Below, in pieces: positions 60,328 to 64,000 of a DNA stretch of 64,000 bases. The position numbers were made by a program, and so were the translations under genes. Below the pieces are notes generated by a model. The model saw nothing but the letters and a program-made list of their open reading frames with translations, was not told the DNA's origin and made no database searches. Position 1 is the first letter of the stretch. Each line of letters opens with the position of its first letter. The DNA is taken from contig NIVC01000041.1 in NCBI GenBank assembly GCA_002269645.1, positions 434,001 through 498,000 on the forward strand, in the 5' to 3' direction. This stretch comes from Macrostomum lignano (taxonomy: Eukaryota).

Positions 60328-60452
60328 TATATATACTAAAAAATCTGCTCAGCTCGCCTGTTATTGGATAAATCGCCAAAAACCAACCAAAATCATCAAA
60401 AATCACCCCCAAAATCATCACCCACCCCACCCTCCATCCGGGGGTATATAAG
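60328..60452. promoter_or_regulatory. Candidate bidirectional promoter between polB and the PC4-like gene
   Basis: TATATATA at 60328-60335 (about 70 nt from the polB ATG), ATTGG at 60363, TATATAAG at 60445-60452 (46 nt from ATG 60498). Confidence 0.55.
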
Positions 60453-60497
60453 GCGCTGCACGGCTGTCAGAGAGCTCTCTGCTGCTGCTGCTAAATC

Positions 60498-61031
60498 ATG
60501 TCTTCTATCTCTCTATACGAAAACTTTGTGGCGCGGAAGCCCACATTTGAAACTGAACACAACTTGATTGAAATTCGGCGTCTCTACACCAACGAGGCTG
60601 GAGTGTGGAAGGACGGCTTCCCTGCAATCTACTTGGCCGAGCCAGAGTGGAAGAAGCTCGAAGCTGCGCGCCCTGACCTGGAGGCTGCTGCCCGCCTTCA
60701 CGTGAACAAGCGGGTCCTGTTGGGCAATTTCAAGGCAGTTGAAGCTTCGCGAGGGAGGATCCGTTTGCTGCGCAATTGGCTCAATCAGGACCCAAAGTTT
60801 AATTGGCGCTACACGATCGAATTCACGCCTGAACTGTGGCGCCGGATGTTTGCCGCCCGTTTGGACAAGCTCTTCAAGCCGGCACCTGAGGCACCCCCTC
60901 CAGCCAAGCGAGTCAAGACAGACACGCCTCCGGTAGCCGGGACTGAGGTGGATGTTCTTCAGCTCATGGGTCTCAAACCCTACCAATCTCCACCCTGGGA
61001 AAATCTGTTTAACGAGGGTTGGGACTGCTAG
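60498..61031 (+). CDS. Tandem PC4-like ssDNA-binding protein, 177 aa
   Basis: LIEIRRLYTNEAGVWKDGFPAIYLAEPEWKKL aligns by eye with PC4 [32 protein letters not shown]; weaker second unit IRLLRNW...TIEFTPELWRRM; NLS-like PPAKRVK. Confidence 0.7.
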   Translation: MSSISLYENFVARKPTFETEHNLIEIRRLYTNEAGVWKDGFPAIYLAEPEWKKLEAARPDLEAAARLHVNKRVLLGNFKAVEASRGRIRLLRNWLNQDPKFNWRYTIEFTPELWRRMFAARLDKLFKPAPEAPPPAKRVKTDTPPVAGTEVDVLQLMGLKPYQSPPWENLFNEGWDC

Positions 61032-61146
61032 TTTCCTATTGGTTCGCACCGCCTCACTCGATCCGTCTATATAATTAGTGTTTCCCCCTCTCCAGAGAGT
61101 CAAACCCTATCTCAGCTCTAATACTTTACTCTCTGTTGATTCTAGC

Positions 61147-62161
61147 ATGTCCCGCCGAGCTCTATCCAACCTCTGGGATAATAATCGCCCGACTGAAGAG
61201 TTAACCAGCCTCGACGGGGATATCCCTGAACACATAGTTCCCCTAGGCACTGAAAACAACGGAAGTGATAATTGGGAGGCTGATCAATATCTAGCTTGGG
61301 CTATGTCCTATGATAGCGACACCGAGTCTGAAGTTTTTGACCTCCCGCTGCTGGCTATCGGCGGGGTTGTGAACGGTGCCCCTGCTGCTACTGCCTCCGA
61401 TTTGACTACCGCCTCAGCCGCCCTCTTTGACGTCTCTGTTGAGGAGCTGACCACAACCGGCCCTGCCTCTGCTGCGCCCGTCTCTGCTGCTGCCGCCTCT
61501 ACTACGCCCGTCTCTGCTGCTGCTTCAACTACCTCCCACCGGGCCTCAATATCATCAGCCGCTACGCTCCTTCTCTTCGACGACGAGGACGAGGATATGT
61601 CTGAGGAGATCGCCGTGGTTCGTGAGCGCTTTCCTCGCATTGTGGCCTCATTTTTCCGCGGGGACATTGACTGGCTGAGGTCTCGGCATCCTGGCGGGCT
61701 GCCCTCCCAAGCTACCTTTGTCAGAGCCTTTAATCGGGTTCTTGATACTTTGGTTGCGAGGGGTGCCGGCCTACGGGAGGTGTTGGAGGCTGAGACTCTG
61801 CACCAGGACTGGTTGATGGGGCGCAATTCGTATGCCCCCGACTCTGAGGCGTACCTGGCCGGTCCGGGAGCGCGGCCAACTGCGTGGGATGAGCCCGTCG
61901 CATGGCCCTCCAACTGGGAGGAGCACCTTTCGTTGGTGCGCTATACAGCGTCTCTACGTCTGTGGCGGCTGGAGGACGATTTAGATTTGGTAAGATATTA
62001 CATTATATACACAACTCATCTAATCATATACCTTGCATATATTCTATCTACATTGACTGTTATAATTTCCACATTGCCAGTCATCCGACTACTGCTTCGA
62101 GAGCGTGGAGGAAGAGGCCGCGTACGAGACAGCCCTGAGGGAGCGTATGGAGATTGACTGA
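61147..62161 (+). CDS. Orphan acidic protein of the element, about 307 aa, 2 exons
   Basis: Exons 61147-61989 and 62081-62161 (TTG|gtaag...ccag|TCA, phase 0); ATTGG at 61038 and TATATAA at 61068 upstream; disordered A/S/T-rich N-half, helical Trp-containing C-half. Confidence 0.7.
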
Positions 62162-62715
62162 TAAGGGTATTTCTCTTTGTACGCGGTTTGGGGAACCCAA
62201 CACTGTACACTGGGTAGGTTAGAATGGGCGCTAGCTGGGGGGCCTCTATGTGTGTATACACGGGGGTTAAAAGACCAATTCTGATAGCTCGCTCCTAGGG
62301 AGGAAATTGGCAGAGGGGCCGGCCCAAAAAACTGTAATGGGCTGGCCCCGGGCTCGAGTCCACCCACCTAAAATATGGAGGTCATTACAACCTAATGACC
62401 CGAAATACTTTCAACGCAATTGTACCCATAAGAGGGTTAGGGCGGCGGCGGCGGTGGCGAAAACGGGCGGCTAAAACCTCCCTTTTGGGATTTCCCCGAA
62501 CCGCTTTTGGTTAAAATTTTTATGCACCTGCGGGTTAGACAATATTTACTCTTTAGTCGGTGTGACATTATTTACGCGTCTGTTGCACCTGGGCGTTTGC
62601 CTATAATCTGATTATACATGCGTGCCTGTATTATACAACTACACCTTATGCATGCCTTGTAAACCTGCTTTATACATTAATCCGATATGTATCGAAAGTA
62701 CACTTTGTAAACCTG

Positions 62716-63376
62716 CTGTGTGTATTTCCACCTATGTAGCGCCTACAGTACCTGCTTTGTCTATTTCTGCCCATACACCTACATTGTGTGTTTTTGCTGC
62801 TCATATGCTCCAATATGTACATTTTAATATGCAATATGCGTCATTATTCACCTACCAATATGTTTTATCTACATTTTTATGTAAATATACTCAATTTCAC
62901 CTACTATAAGTAGTTTTCACTAGCCTAATATCGTTGACTACATATCGGGAGAGTGGTAGAGTGTACCTTTGGCTCGGTAGAGTGTACACTCGGGGTGCCT
63001 GCGGCTCGGTAGAGTGTACACTCGGGGTGCCTGCGGCATGGGCGTCTGCGGCATGGGCGTCTGCGGCATGGGCGCCTACGGCTCGGGAGGGTGCGCCTGC
63101 GGCTCGGGAGGGTGTACATATCGGGGTACATGTCGGTAGGGTGAGCATACATATCGGTAGGTGCGCCTGCGGCTGGGGAGGGTCGCCGGTGGCTCGGGAG
63201 GGTCGCCTGCGGCTGGACGGCGCTTGGCGCCACGCGCCTGCGGCGCGCGCGCGCCGAGCGCCGATATCGATACGGGTATCGATCACCTAGTGATCGGGGC
63301 GCCAGCCAATGAGAGGCGAGGAGGGTTGACACCCACCCCACCTCCAAAATCAAGCCATACGGAATCCCTTAGTAGT
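62716..63376 (-). repeat. Right terminal inverted repeat, about 661 bp
   Basis: Reverse-complement match, with indels, to 53604-54298. Confidence 0.9.
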
Positions 63377-64000
63377 AATGATTTTTTGCTGTAATAGATA
63401 TAGAGATGTCAAATATTTGGCAAAATTTATATTATAACTTTTACTGTACTTACAAAGACAGCATTACATTAGCGCACACAAGGCGACGCTGCATGTACCT
63501 CGTTTGACTTTTCGGGTGCATTATTGTCTACTTATAGTAGGGTATGAGCACTCGAAATGTACTTTGTTGATAAGCTATTTCACTGTATTTAAAAATATCG
63601 TTCTTCAATATCGTCTGAGATCCTGTAGCCTGCAGCTGCCCGCTGGTGCACTTCTGAAAGTGACAGTAATTTTTATCCGTCTAAACATGCTCCATTTTTT
63701 TCAAATGGCAATTATTGCTTTCCAGTTATATTTAACGTTTTTGGAATATTTTCCATTCGTCAGCTGTTAGTATAGATCATTATAGTCAATATTAAGGTCA
63801 CAAAAATGAAGCTTTAGCTATATTCATCTTTGGGTTTTATACAAAAACATGTATTGGATTCCTAAACTGCCGAATGGTCTGGCAAAGCCACATTCGTCAT
63901 TAGCTGACTCAATTAGCTAGCTGGCAGTTTGCACTTTAAAAAGCTTTCCACGCGACTGATGGTGCCAATTCCATTTTTCCAACTTTGTGGAGTCTGCTGC

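Larger units (their letters stand above)
53604..63376. mobile_element. Complete 9,773-bp Polinton/Maverick-like element, capsid-less and integrase-less
   Basis: TSD AATGAT at 53598-53603 and 63377-63382; terminal 17 bp perfectly inverted (ACTACTAAGGGATTCCG / CGGAATCCCTTAGTAGT); long TIRs; protein-primed PolB gene inside. Confidence 0.92.

Overview
Animal genomic DNA with GC-rich spliced exons and minisatellite-filled introns. A Macrostomum-type flatworm is my guess from sequence style only. The first ~45 kb holds minus-strand host genes, reconstructed by hand across GT-AG introns: two Cip/Kip-like CDK inhibitors, nocturnin, DDX24, LYRM4/ISD11, GTF2E1 (TFIIE-alpha) and one orphan ORF. It also holds an intact Neptune-type Penelope-like retroelement with an SGNH-like ORF, a candidate -1 frameshift into the RT/GIY-YIG ORF and a minimal hammerhead ribozyme, plus a tRNA-derived SINE and LINE remnants. 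The most striking object is a complete 9,773-bp Polinton/Maverick-like element at 53604-63376, with a 6-bp target-site duplication (AATGAT), ~0.7-kb imperfect TIRs and ACTACT...AGTAGT ends. It encodes only three genes: a 7-exon, 1269-aa protein-primed DNA polymerase B with spliceosomal introns in all three catalytic motifs, a tandem PC4-like ssDNA-binding protein, and a spliced orphan acidic protein. I found no integrase, capsid, packaging ATPase or protease. All domain calls are by eye from motifs; no database searches were run.
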